Shown: piece by piece, positions 18,274 through 27,897 of the stretch
Numbering within the stretch: position 1 is the stretch's first letter
Layout: each line of letters opens with the position of its first letter
Assembly (NCBI RefSeq): GCF_900095195.1
Contig: NZ_LT606950.1
Coordinates: forward strand, 757,207-789,206
Direction: 5' to 3'
From: Polynucleobacter necessarius
Lineage (GTDB): Bacteria; Pseudomonadota; Gammaproteobacteria; Burkholderiales; Burkholderiaceae
Length of the DNA stretch: 32,000 nt
Translations under genes and position numbers: made by a program
Notes under the pieces: model-generated
What the model was told of the DNA's origin: nothing
Seen by the model: the letters and a program-made list of their open reading frames with translations, nothing else
Database searches by the model: none

Positions 18274-19342
18274 GCTTTAGCTGATTGACGATGGTCTTCG
18301 CTGCATTTGCAAAGGCCTCGTCACTGTCGTTTTCCAATTGCACGAAATGATCAATGCGGTACTGGGGAAAATTTCGCACAATCGACGATTGATATGATGG
18401 GTCGTAGTGCTTTATCAACAACTCCTCCACCAACTCGGGGAACTGTCCTGCATCGATCGTTTCATACCACTTGGCAATTTGCACCTTTCCATAATGGGCT
18501 GTGAGTAATGCCAACTTATTTTTAAATTGAGCTGTATCACTCAAAAAATGGTGATACTCATGAAGCAACCAGGACACTCGCGCACTGGCACTCGAACGCA
18601 ATTCAATACACGCTCCATTGCGGATCTTTTCCATTAATGCGTCGGGAATATGAACACCACCAACCTTCTTACTCTCTGATTCCACTAGTACTGGCTTAGT
18701 CGGATCGAGTTTTCGCAAGGCATTCCATAGGGCTGTCTCAAAACCCTTTTGAGTTGGCTGCTCGATGTTCGGCTCGTTACCCAATACCGATCCCCGATGA
18801 ATGGCTAACGCTTCTAGGTCCAGTATTTGGGCGCCATAATTTTTTGCCTCTTGTAAAACCCGCGTCTTTCCGCTACCCGTCATGCCGCAAATCACTTGAA
18901 AGTTAAACTTTTTAGCCGCATCTTCAAGGTCGTCGATAACGGTACGTCGAAAGCCTTGGTAACCACCTTCCAATTGCATCGCTTTCCAGCCAATGCGATT
19001 GAGAATGTGCGTGAGTGCTCCGCTACGTTCTCCACCGCGCCAGCAATAAATTAAAGGACGCCATTCACGCGGCATCTCCAGAAGATGGTTTTCGAGGTGA
19101 TTTGCAATATTACGAGATACCAAAGCTGCGCCCAGTTTCTTTGCAGCAAATAGTGAGACTTGTTTGTATAAGGTTCCGACTTGAGCACGCTCGTCGTTAT
19201 TGAGGACCGGAAAATTGACGGCACCCGGAATATGATCCAAGGCAAATTCTGCGGGAGAACGCACATCAATCACGAGATCAAAGTGATCTAACGCGGATGA
19301 AAATTGATCTCGCTTGAGAATATGGGGATTGCTAGGTTGCAT
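18266..19342 (-). CDS. selU: tRNA 2-selenouridine / geranyl-2-thiouridine synthase
   Basis: 358-aa ORF with a rhodanese domain carrying the active-site motif YCWRGGERS and a P-loop [10 protein letters not shown]. It has family length and no lesions. It overlaps the gcdH 3' end convergently by 8 bp. Confidence 0.88.
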   Translation of the reverse strand: MQPSNPHILKRDQFSSALDHFDLVIDVRSPAEFALDHIPGAVNFPVLNNDERAQVGTLYKQVSLFAAKKLGAALVSRNIANHLENHLLEMPREWRPLIYCWRGGERSGALTHILNRIGWKAMQLEGGYQGFRRTVIDDLEDAAKKFNFQVICGMTGSGKTRVLQEAKNYGAQILDLEALAIHRGSVLGNEPNIEQPTQKGFETALWNALRKLDPTKPVLVESESKKVGGVHIPDALMEKIRNGACIELRSSASARVSWLLHEYHHFLSDTAQFKNKLALLTAHYGKVQIAKWYETIDAGQFPELVEELLIKHYDPSYQSSIVRNFPQYRIDHFVQLENDSDEAFANAAKTIVNQLKLN

Positions 19343-19351
19343 GACGCAGCG

Positions 19352-19751
19352 TTAGCGAATCTTTTGCAAAATATCTTCAGGCCATGGTGCTGATTTTCTG
19401 GTAGCAAGGTCGGCCCACACCATCGTCGCACCGCCTAAGGCCATTTCCTCATTAGGAGCAGTAGTGAGGGCCATGCTCGTACGACCAAACGCCAATCGAG
19501 GTCTTCAATATCAGGTCACCTGGATAGCTCACTTGCTTATAGAAATTACAGAAGCCATTCATCATCACCATGGTGTTTTGACCAAGAGCCACTTGGTAAC
19601 CCAATGATGTAATCCAATCAACACGGGCTTGCTCCATAAACCGAAAGTACACTGTGTTGTTCAAACGCTCATACGCATCCATATCCCCCCAACGAATGGG
19701 AGCGACCATTTCATGAACGAGTTTGCGTTCAGCAGGAATATCGATGCGCAT
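19352..19751 (-). pseudogene. YbgC/4HBT-type acyl-CoA thioesterase with one frameshift
   Basis: MRIDIPAERKLVHEMVAPIRWGDMDAYERLNNTVYFRFMEQARVDWI...NGFCNFYKQVSYPGDLILKTSIGV is followed by a frame break at the A-run 19487-19489. It continues as GRTSMALTTAPNEEMALGGATMVWADLATRKSAPWPEDILQKIR*. Confidence 0.7.
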
Positions 19752-19759
19752 TAAAAAAT

Positions 19760-20104
19760 TTAACCAATTTGCAAAGCAAAATTGTATAAATTGGTAGACC
19801 GAGCACCAGAACGACAAAAGGCCAAGATTGGGCCTGGTAACTCTTTTAGCAAACGAGCCATCTCTTGAACTTGCTGTGGCGTAAATGCGCCTGGAACTAC
19901 AGGCAAATACACATAATGAAGCCCTAATTTTTCCGCCTCTGCTTGGATTGATGCGTTACTAGGCTGATCTGGGCCACCCTCTCCATCAGGACGGTTATTG
20001 ATCACGCTTTTGTAGCCAAGCTGGGCAATTTCGGCGACGTGATCAGGAGCAATTTGTCCAAGAGTGGCAAACGAATCCGTATGGCGTGTAATTGGAGGGG
20101 GCAT
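19760..20104 (-). CDS. TIGR01244/DUF442 family protein (Blh N-terminal-like sulfurtransferase/phosphatase fold)
   Basis: 114-aa ORF reading ...GQIAPDHVAEIAQLGYKSVINNRPDGE...PGAFTPQQV...ILAFCRSGARS. It has the Cys-loop motif typical of the family. Confidence 0.72.
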   Translation of the reverse strand: MPPPITRHTDSFATLGQIAPDHVAEIAQLGYKSVINNRPDGEGGPDQPSNASIQAEAEKLGLHYVYLPVVPGAFTPQQVQEMARLLKELPGPILAFCRSGARSTNLYNFALQIG

Positions 20105-20144
20105 TTCAACCTCGAAAATTAAATTGGTATAGCTTCATTCTAAA

Positions 20145-20591
20145 TCAGGACTTTTTGTGGGCACTGAAGAAGCGGTCGCAAATTTCCATCCCCGCTAACA
20201 TCGCTACTAAGAAAATAAGCGCCTTAGGGTGTCCAGCACCTAGAGCAACAATAGCGGGGCCAGGGCAAAATCCAGCGATACCCCAGCCTGCGCCAAAGAT
20301 CAGACTTCCAATAACTAAAGGCTTGGTAATATCTCTCCGATTTGGAATATGTAATGCACCACCAAAAAAAGCCTCGGTTCTCTTGCTGACCACATAAAAA
20401 CCGCCAAGCCCAACAATAATAGCCCCGAGCATAACAAACATAAGGGATGGATCCCATGCGCCAGCCAAATCTAAAAATCCTAAAATTTTCTGCGGATTGG
20501 TCATACCTGAAATGATCAGACCCCAACCAAACAGTACACCAATCAAATACTGACTAAATAAACCAAAGTGCCGTCTCACATCAGCCCCCAA
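20145..20591 (-). CDS. Half-size YeeE/YedE-family (DUF395/DUF6691) membrane protein
   Basis: 148-aa ORF reading ...LIGVLFGWGLIISGMTNPQKILGFLDLAGAWDPSLMFVMLGAIIV...GSLIFGAGWGIAGFCPGPAIVALG. The start is ambiguous: TTG at 20591, or GTG at 20579 just after the upstream stop. Confidence 0.75.
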   Translation of the reverse strand: MGADVRRHFGLFSQYLIGVLFGWGLIISGMTNPQKILGFLDLAGAWDPSLMFVMLGAIIVGLGGFYVVSKRTEAFFGGALHIPNRRDITKPLVIGSLIFGAGWGIAGFCPGPAIVALGAGHPKALIFLVAMLAGMEICDRFFSAHKKS

Positions 20592-21017
20592 TCAAGTGAC
20601 GAAAAACATACACCGTCAGAAAACCGGTACTCATAAAGGCTAATGTCGCCACCAAAGATCGAGGCGAAAGACGCGATAGTCCGCAAATTCCATGACCACC
20701 AGTACAACCCGAGCCATACTGAGCACAAAACCCTACTAATAGTCCAGCAACCATAATGGCAAATTCATCCACCTGCACGTCGATAACCGGGCGGACACCA
20801 AAGAAGAGTGCTGCGAGTATTGGAGCACTCAAAAGTCCACCGATTAGGGCAATTCTCCAGGCACGATCATCAGCCTTGTGGCGGAGCAATCCAGAAACAA
20901 TTCCACTGATACCTAAAATAAGGCCATGCAACAGCACGTAAAGTGCAGCAGCTACGCCAAGAATCATGCCACCCAGAAGGGATGAATGGGTGTAAATGAA
21001 ATCTAATCGATCTGCAT
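20581..21017 (-). pseudogene. Half-size YeeE/YedE-family protein with a damaged 5' end
   Basis: The ATG at 21017 gives MQID*ISFTP (TAG at 21005-21003, where homologues as I recall them have Trp). After a 1-nt frame change it reads HSSLLGGMILGVAAALYVLLHGLILGISGI...YGSGCTGGHGICGLSRLSPRS. Only an N-terminally shortened ORF (20581-20967) remains open. Confidence 0.68.
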
Positions 21018-21041
21018 GAATATTTCTCTTCTAAATAAGGA

Positions 21042-22157
21042 TCAAGCACAAGGAGACTGATTAACAGAACACTCCAAATATCGTAGAGCAATGTATGCAC
21101 CTACCACAAATCCTGGTAAAGCTAAAAATGCATTGAGCGCTAAAGTAGAAATTCCACTTATACCCTGGCCAATTGTGCAACCCAAGGCCAGGACACCACC
21201 AAAGCCCATCAACGCAGCGCCAATCATGTGCTGAGCGGTATCGCGTGGGCTAACAAAGGATTCCCAGCGAAAGGATTTGGTGTAGACCGCATGCATAAAA
21301 GATCCAACAATCACCCCTAGAACAGCAACGATGCCAATCGTGAGTACTTTTGAGGTGTCGCTAAAGAACATCAGCCAATCTAGGGAATAGGCAAATGGAG
21401 CAACAAAAGATAGGCTCTCCATTTTTCCAGAATTCGTGATTAAGAAAACATCTTCTAGCGTATTTGGATCTTCTAGTAAATGCGCAAGCGAGCCTGATAT
21501 CCACCAAAAAATGGTAACGAAGATTCCAACGCCAAGACCAGCCACTAGGTTATTAGCCGTCCAAAAGGAATTTTGGAGCAAAGCAAATGCTATGAAAGCG
21601 AATCCAAGAATTAGGCCAAGATATAAATGCGCTAGCGTTCTATCGATACCCCATTGTTGCGCAACGATAGAGGGAATATCTTGAGGGCCTGCCAATTCAA
21701 TAAAAAATGAATCCAGTACATTGACCCTGAGCACCGCTAAGAATCCTCGTATCGTAAAGTAGGCAAATAGCCCCAACACAATAAATACGATAACGGATTT
21801 AAGACTACCTCCTCCAATGCGGATGAGCGTCTTGCCCCCACAGCCTGAAGTCAGAACCATTCCGAAGCCAAAACAAAGACTGCCCGTTAAAGTTGATAAG
21901 TACATCAAGCGCGAACCCGAATAAATGGACCTTGTACTATCAATCACCTCGAGCGAACTCAACAAGACAACCCCTAAGATGGCAACACCAATAGCTAAAG
22001 ACCACTGCCTTAGACGGGTGAGATCAGACATCAAGAAGGTATCCGCAATTGCGCCCATGGTACAAAAGTTTGTTTGACGCATTAAAAAACCGAGAAAGAA
22101 TGCGCCGAAGAAACTCAGCCAGGGGATAGAGGATGTCGAGATTGATTCGGTCATCAT
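21042..22157 (-). CDS. Full-size YeeE/YedE-family permease (SoxT/TsuA-like thiosulfate or sulfur-compound transporter)
   Basis: 371-aa polytopic ORF with the three conserved Cys motifs of the family: RQTNFCTMGA, LTSGCGGKTLIRIGGG and LALGCTIGQGISG. Confidence 0.8.
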   Translation of the reverse strand: MMTESISTSSIPWLSFFGAFFLGFLMRQTNFCTMGAIADTFLMSDLTRLRQWSLAIGVAILGVVLLSSLEVIDSTRSIYSGSRLMYLSTLTGSLCFGFGMVLTSGCGGKTLIRIGGGSLKSVIVFIVLGLFAYFTIRGFLAVLRVNVLDSFFIELAGPQDIPSIVAQQWGIDRTLAHLYLGLILGFAFIAFALLQNSFWTANNLVAGLGVGIFVTIFWWISGSLAHLLEDPNTLEDVFLITNSGKMESLSFVAPFAYSLDWLMFFSDTSKVLTIGIVAVLGVIVGSFMHAVYTKSFRWESFVSPRDTAQHMIGAALMGFGGVLALGCTIGQGISGISTLALNAFLALPGFVVGAYIALRYLECSVNQSPCA

Positions 22158-22165
22158 TATTTCCG

Positions 22166-22474
22166 CTATGAGACTACAGCCTCATCAGAGCGCTTATCAC
22201 CCTTGGTATCAACCCAGGTCACCATCAACTTATCACCATTGCTGCCTCGGTACTTGAAGTTAATGTATGGATCTTTTGAGATTGCAGACCCAAAATCCGC
22301 ATTTAATACATCTTTACCCTGGGCTTTAACGTTAACGGTTTTAATAAACCAAGCGGGAATATTTTTACCTGAGGAGTCCTTACGCTGCCCAGACTCCATC
22401 TCATGCTTCATCAGAATTTTGACGTTGACGATACCCTTCTCTTCGGAGGCTCGTACTCGAGTAATTTCACTCAT
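22166..22474 (-). CDS. soxZ: Sulfur-carrier complex protein SoxZ
   Basis: 102-aa ORF reading RVRASEEKGIVNVKILMKHEMESGQRKDSSGKNIPAWFIKTVNVKAQGKDVLNADFGSAISKDPYINFKY...GDKLMVTWVDTKGDK. It has the SoxZ pattern and lies directly after soxY. Confidence 0.85.
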   Translation of the reverse strand: MSEITRVRASEEKGIVNVKILMKHEMESGQRKDSSGKNIPAWFIKTVNVKAQGKDVLNADFGSAISKDPYINFKYRGSNGDKLMVTWVDTKGDKRSDEAVVS

Positions 22475-22504
22475 GCGATTCTCATTTCCATTTCCGTGAC
22501 AAGA

Positions 22505-22957
22505 TCATGATCCACAGCCACTTAAAGTCACTTTTACTTCCTTGGACGTTACCAACCATTTTGAATCTACTCTTACCAATGCGTACACATTAGATGTTTG
22601 CGCCATTTTGATCCGAGTCGTTACAAATGGCTCACTAAGTGGCGTTAAAAAGAATTGTCCAGCTAAAGCGCTAGGGTTCTTTTCAACCAGTATGGCAATG
22701 TGTTGGGCCTTTAAATCTGTAGTTACAGTTACCGGAACCAGCGCACCATTCTCAGATAGATCTGGGGCGGTTAAATTGATAGCCGAGGATTTTTCAGGCA
22801 AGCCAGCCCTCAGAGCCCTGTATACATCCTCAATATTCTTGGCATCAAAGGCTGCCTTATTCCACTCTTCCGCCTGTGCAAAAGATATCAGACCAGCTGA
22901 GGCCATCAAACCCATTAATGCCGTAAATCGAATTAGCTCTCTTCTGTTTAAATCCAT
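22505..22957 (-). CDS. soxY: Sulfur-carrier protein SoxY (Tat signal; C-terminal Cys swing-arm)
   Basis: From the internal ATG at 22957 it reads MDLNRRELIRFTALMGLMASAGLISFAQA, a twin-arginine signal. It continues ...INLTAPDLSENGALVPVTVT...KVTLSGCGS*. The carrier Cys is retained in a GCG context; the canonical ending is GGCGG. Confidence 0.85.
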   Translation of the reverse strand: MDLNRRELIRFTALMGLMASAGLISFAQAEEWNKAAFDAKNIEDVYRALRAGLPEKSSAINLTAPDLSENGALVPVTVTTDLKAQHIAILVEKNPSALAGQFFLTPLSEPFVTTRIKMAQTSNVYALVRVDSKWLVTSKEVKVTLSGCGS

Positions 22958-23124
22958 AAACCTGCAAACATGTCCCATTAACCAATTAATGTATGGGAAC
23001 AACCCTTTCATTGTCTTAAGATGCGTTGATTTTATCGTCCCGACTCCCTAAAGCTTAGTTTATTTACAGATAACGCAAATATCAGGGAAAATGAGTCTCT
23101 TTGCATGAAAAACGATAACTCCAA

Positions 23125-23781
23125 ATGATTGATCAAGAAGCCATTCTTCTCTCCCTCAAGCTTGCTTTGTGGATCTTGGCATTGATCATTCCGTTTGGCA
23201 TCTGGATCGCCCATTCGCTTCAACGCCTTGGGCATAGCAAATCCTGGATTGAGGCCGGGCTAGCACCCCCCTTAGTTCTTCCCCCAACCGTTTTAGGGTG
23301 CTACCTTTTAGTGGGCCTAAGTGGTAAAGCTTTTTTTGGCACACCACTAATTTTTTCCTTTCCTGGGATCTTAATAGCATCCCTGATTGTGAACTTACCA
23401 TTTGCTATACAACCGATCCAACGTGCATTTAAAGCAATTCACCCTGAAATTATCGAGGCAGCCGAGGTCAGCGGTTTATCAAAATAGCAAATCTTTCGAT
23501 TGATTGAGTTACCACTTGCGTGGCGTGGCATCACTAGTGCAGCAGTGCTAACTTTTGCCCACACCCTTGGCGAGTTCGGAGTAATTCTCATGGTGGGCGG
23601 TGCAACACCAGGCGAAACCAAAACGGTATCGATTGCAATCTACGACAAGGTGCAAAGTTTTGATATAGCAGCCGCTGGCACGCTCTCACTCATCTTATTG
23701 GCAACCTCGCTGGTAGCAATTGCAATCTCTTATGGCGTATTTGGTCGTCAAGCGTCTTCATCTCGATATCAAGGTCGCTAA
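23125..23781 (+). pseudogene. modB: Molybdate ABC transporter permease with an in-frame TAG
   Basis: ...PPLVLPPTVLGCYLLV...IIEAAEVSGLSK*QIFRLIELPLAWRGITSAAVLTFAHTLGEFGVILMVGGATPGETKTVSIAIYD... The TAG at 23485-23487 occupies the conserved Trp position (E. coli ...GAGRWRVFFTVTLPL). The frame is otherwise continuous. Confidence 0.85.
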
Positions 23782-24426
23782 TGTTGAGAATCAAGCTCTC
23801 CCAAACAAGCCCTAACCCACTACAACTCAATATTGAATGCGAGCCTGGAGAGTTGCATGCACTTATAGGCCCATCTGGCAGTGGTAAGACCACCACCTTA
23901 CGTACTATTGCTGGATTAAATAACCCCAACATCGGAAAAATTGAATGCAATCATGAAATTTGGTTTGAGGCAAATGAGCACCAAGATACGATTACCTCTC
24001 TCAGCCCCGCTCAACGTTCATGTGAATTCCTGTTTCAGCAGTACGCACTTTTTCCACATCTGACCGCGCTGGACAATTGACTTGGAACGGCAGCCAGCAC
24101 CTCTTTCATGTAGTCGATAAAGGAAAGATTCCACCCAATACTCCGGTTGCTTGGGTTGTTCCAGCTGGTGGCCTCAGTCTTCTGGCCAGTCCAACGGTCA
24201 CTACGATTGCATGCTCCGTTGAACAAATTAGCGCTTTAGGTCAAATCGCGGTAATTCAGCTGTGCACGGTTGATGGCAAACACAACATTATTTGGGGGCC
24301 TCAGTGGCAGAGGCTAAGCGCTTGGGACTTGCACCAGGCATCAGTACATTTTTAGAAATCGATGGCAACAAGATCCACATCTTGCCGCTGCGCCCCATCA
24401 ACGATCCAAGACGCTTTACGAATTAG
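23781..24426 (+). pseudogene. modC: Molybdate ABC transporter ATPase with an internal deletion and frameshifts
   Basis: Walker A (GPSGSGKTT) and Q-loop (FQQYALFPHLTALDN*) are present. The ABC signature, Walker B and H-loop are missing. The sequence resumes with TOBE/Mop-like pieces in other frames (...EAKRLGLAPGISTFLEIDGNKIHILPLRP...*). Confidence 0.8.
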
Positions 24427-24438
24427 CGGTTTATGCAA

Positions 24439-25109
24439 TTAAGAGGATGAAGGCTTTTGGACTACCAACCCAGGTATTGCTGACATTCCTGTATGCCTTG
24501 GTCCCTCCGATGGCTCCTTTTCGTAGGATGTCAGCTCATGAATAATGAAATCTTTTGCTAATTCACGGATGAGCTCTTCGGTGTAGAGATGCTCAATCAG
24601 TGATGGGCCACCTGTCTTATATTCCAACTGCTTTGGGGTGTAGCCCTGCAAGGTAAAAATACCTCCCGACTTTAGCGCTTCAAAAGTTTGACGAAAAATA
24701 CGTGCGCGCATTACGGGGTCTGCAAACCGTATAAAGACGCCTACTACAGCATCGTATTCAGTGGACTGCCAATCAAAACTGTCCGTATCCGAGAATGAAT
24801 ACGCGACCTGAACCTGATTGTGTTCTGCAAATTTCTTGGCCTTAGCCAGCGCAACATCGTAGGCATCAAAACCACAACCACTTGCATACCTTGCATTGCA
24901 AGCCAAACACCATTACGCCCCTCCCCGTCGGCAATACAAAGCACCTTGTCATTAGCCTTTAAATACTGGCTAGCAGTTTGCACTAGGTATTCGTTTAGTT
25001 CCTTTCCAAAAATGAACTCTTCTTTATCAAAGCGCTCATTCCAGAACTGCGTAGCATCCGCAAAACTCATTGCTCGATCGAGATGTACTTGTTTATTTTT
25101 TGAGTCCAC
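24439..25109 (-). pseudogene. Class I SAM-dependent methyltransferase with a frameshift
   Basis: The first piece reads MDSKNKQVHLDRAMSFADATQFWNERFDKEEFIFG...KVLCIADGEGRNGVWLAMQGMQV. After a frame change near 24875-24900 it reads GFDAYDVALAKAKKFAEHNQVQVAYSFSD...YDAVVGVFIRF...LKSGGIFTLQGY... Confidence 0.7.
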
Positions 25110-26294
25110 CGACTAAATCATTTTTGAGGTCGTTAATATTCTCTAGACCTACAGCAATTCGCACTAATCCATCGGAGATACCAGTCCTTACAATCTGCAG
25201 CGCTCACACGACAATGCGTTGTTGTCGCTGGGTGGGTAATCGTTGTGCGAGCATCGCCCAAGTTCGCTGTAATCGAACATAGCTTGGTTTGATTAATCAA
25301 TTTAAAGGCTGACTTTTTCCCGCCTTTGAGCACAAAGGAAACAATCGCCCCACCCTCTTTTTTATTGACGCATGGCCAATGCATGCTGTGGATGGGACTT
25401 AAGCCCTGGATGATAGACGCGCTCAACGCCAGGCTGCTTTTCGAGCCACTGGGCAAGTGCGAGCGCATTCTGACTCGTTGCTTCATCCGCAGCTCAAGAG
25501 TTTCAAGGCCTTTTAAGAATACCCAGGCATTGAATGCCGAAAGTGTGGGTCCTGCGGTACGCACATAGGGAAATACCTTGCCCATGACAAAGTCATTGCT
25601 ACCCACAATGGCGCCACCAACGACTCTACCTTGACCATCCAGATACTTCGTAGCCGAAGACAACGTCAGCACCCAGAGCCAATGCCTTTTGCAAGGCAGG
25701 GGTACAAAAACAATTGTCAACCGCAAATAATGCTCCCGCCTTCTTTGCAACTGTAGAGATTGCTTTGATATCAGCGATCTCAGTTAGCGGATTAGATGGC
25801 GTCTCTAGATAGAAGAGTTTAGTGTTTGGCTGCACAGCAGCTTGCCAAGATTTGATGTCCGCCAAATCGACATAAGTTGTAGTGATTCCAAAACGACCAA
25901 GGATGTTCGTAAACAGCTGAATCGTTGCACCAAATACGGAGCGAGAACAAACCACATGATCGCCAGCTTGCAAATGCGCCATCGCCATTGTCAAAATAGC
26001 GGACATTCCAGAGGCAGTTGCAATACATGCTTCCCCACCTTCGAGAGCAGCCAAACGATCTTGGAACATGCTTACTGCGGGGTTGGTAAAGCGTGAATAG
26101 ATAAAACCTTGGTCAGCATGCGCAAAACCATCGGCAACCATTTCAGCGCTATCAAAGCAGAAGCTCGAAGTCAAAAACATCGCTTCGGAATGCTCTTGAT
26201 ATTCATGAGTACGACGAGTGCCAGCACGAACCGCGATGGATTCAAGTGCTAACTTGGAAAAATCAGGTTTTCTGCAGGTGATTTTACTCTTCAT
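25093..26294 (-). pseudogene. metZ: O-succinylhomoserine sulfhydrylase / Cys-Met PLP-enzyme pseudogene with several frameshifts
   Basis: The N-terminal 222 codons are in frame (…FIYSRFTNPAVSMFQDRLAALEGGEACIATASGMSAIL...LFYLETPSNPL...AVDNCFCTPALQKALALGADVV). The remaining pieces are scattered over other frames: SATKYLDGQGRVVGGAIVG...[26 protein letters not shown]; ...[31 protein letters not shown]; ...ITANLGDARTTITHPATTTH; ...GISDGLVRIAVGLENINDLKNDLVGGLKK* (TAA at 25095-25093). Confidence 0.85.
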
Positions 26295-26354
26295 GCCCCC
26301 ATTTTGACACCGAATTGCGGATTTGCCTCCTCAAAGACAAATTCTTGTCGATTT

Positions 26355-27893
26355 TTAATCTTCGGTAGCTAAGTGCAAATGCAGTTGTGAACGGGCAAAG
26401 TCGCTCGAATCCAGCTGACGATCCGCCTTTGCAGCAGAGGAGTTGCGTTGTGCCTCAAGCGCATCGAGATAGGAGTCATTGATATCGCCCGTGATGTAAT
26501 GACCATCAAAACAGGAGGCTTCAAAGTTCTGAATGTTTGGATTGATATCCCTAACTGCCTGCTTCATGTCTTCAACGCTTTGGTAGATCAACTGATCGGC
26601 ACCAATCATCTTGTTAATTTCATCGTCTGTACGACCATAGGCAACTAACTCACTGCGAGTTGGCATGTCGATACCATAGACGTTTGGATAACGCACTGGG
26701 GGTGCAGCAGATGCAAAAATGACTTTCTTGGCACCTGACTCACGCGCCATCTGGACGATTTCAAAGGACGTTGTGCTGCGAACAATCGAGTCATCCACAA
26801 TCAAGATGGTCTTGTCTTTAAACTCTACTCGCATCGCATTGAGTTTTTGACGTACGGATTTCTTGCGTGCGGCTTGACCAGGCATGATGAAAGTGCGACC
26901 GATGTAGCGATTCTTGAAGAAGCCCTCGCGATAGTCCACCCCCAAGTTCTTTGCCACCTGCATAGCAGCAGGACGACTCGAGTCTGGAATCGGCATCACG
27001 ACATCAATCTCATCAACGTTGGTCTCTTTACGAATCTTTTCTGCTAAGTAGTCGCCCATGCGCATGCGCACGTTATAAACCGTTACCCCATCAATCGTGG
27101 AGTCTGGTCTTGCCATGTATACGTATTCAAAAATACAGGGGCTGAGCACAGCATTCTGAACACATTGACGCGCGTAGAAATTTCCGTCGATATCGATGTA
27201 AATCGCTTCACCTGGATTAACGTCACGTACAAAAGTAAATCCAAGACCTTCTAGCGCAACAGACTCAGAGGTCACCATCCATTCGGGCCCCTGAGGTGTG
27301 TCGATACGACCTATACACAGCGGACGAATACCAAATGGATCACGGAAAGCCAATAAACCATATCCAGCAATTAAAGAGACCACCGCATAGGAACCCTTTA
27401 CGCGACTCGCCACACCGGTCACCGCGTTAAACATGGCGCCCTCATCCAATGCTGCGCTATTGGTTTCTTTTTGAAGCTCATCTGCCAATACGTTGAGCAG
27501 CACTTCTGTATCGGAGCTGGTGTTAATGTGACGGCGATCTCGATAAGCCATCTCCACCCGCAAACTCGCGGCATTGGTGAGGTTGCCGTTGTGGGCCAGA
27601 ATAATTCCGTACGGGGCGCTTACATAAAAAGGTTGCGCCTCTTCTTCACTGCTGGCAGAACCTGCCGTTGGGTAACGTACTTGCCCAATTCCTGCATTAC
27701 CAATCAAGCTACGCATGTTGCGCGTTCTGAAAACATCGCGCACTAGACCGTTGGCTTTATGCATCGTGAATGAGTTGCCATTCATGGTGGCGATACCCGC
27801 AGCGTCTTGGCCACGATGTTGCAGCAATAGCAACGCATCATAGAGCAGTTGATTTACTGGTGAATGGGAAACGGTTCCGACGACGCCGCACAT
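26355..27893 (-). CDS. purF: Amidophosphoribosyltransferase
   Basis: 512-aa ORF with the N-terminal nucleophile MCGVVG, followed by ...LQHRGQDAAGIA... and the PRPP-binding loop ...ILIVDDSIVRSTTS... It appears intact. Confidence 0.96.
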   Translation of the reverse strand: MCGVVGTVSHSPVNQLLYDALLLLQHRGQDAAGIATMNGNSFTMHKANGLVRDVFRTRNMRSLIGNAGIGQVRYPTAGSASSEEEAQPFYVSAPYGIILAHNGNLTNAASLRVEMAYRDRRHINTSSDTEVLLNVLADELQKETNSAALDEGAMFNAVTGVASRVKGSYAVVSLIAGYGLLAFRDPFGIRPLCIGRIDTPQGPEWMVTSESVALEGLGFTFVRDVNPGEAIYIDIDGNFYARQCVQNAVLSPCIFEYVYMARPDSTIDGVTVYNVRMRMGDYLAEKIRKETNVDEIDVVMPIPDSSRPAAMQVAKNLGVDYREGFFKNRYIGRTFIMPGQAARKKSVRQKLNAMRVEFKDKTILIVDDSIVRSTTSFEIVQMARESGAKKVIFASAAPPVRYPNVYGIDMPTRSELVAYGRTDDEINKMIGADQLIYQSVEDMKQAVRDINPNIQNFEASCFDGHYITGDINDSYLDALEAQRNSSAAKADRQLDSSDFARSQLHLHLATED

Positions 27894-27897
27894 ATCT

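Noticed and set aside
21003-23487. TAG at two positions where Trp is expected (modB and the half-size yeeE), which raised the idea of stop-codon reassignment or read-through.
   Set aside because: thrS, an intact gene, terminates at TAG. The yeeE case also carries a frameshift, and other pseudogenes carry TGA and TAA stops. Single G-to-A mutations are the simpler explanation.
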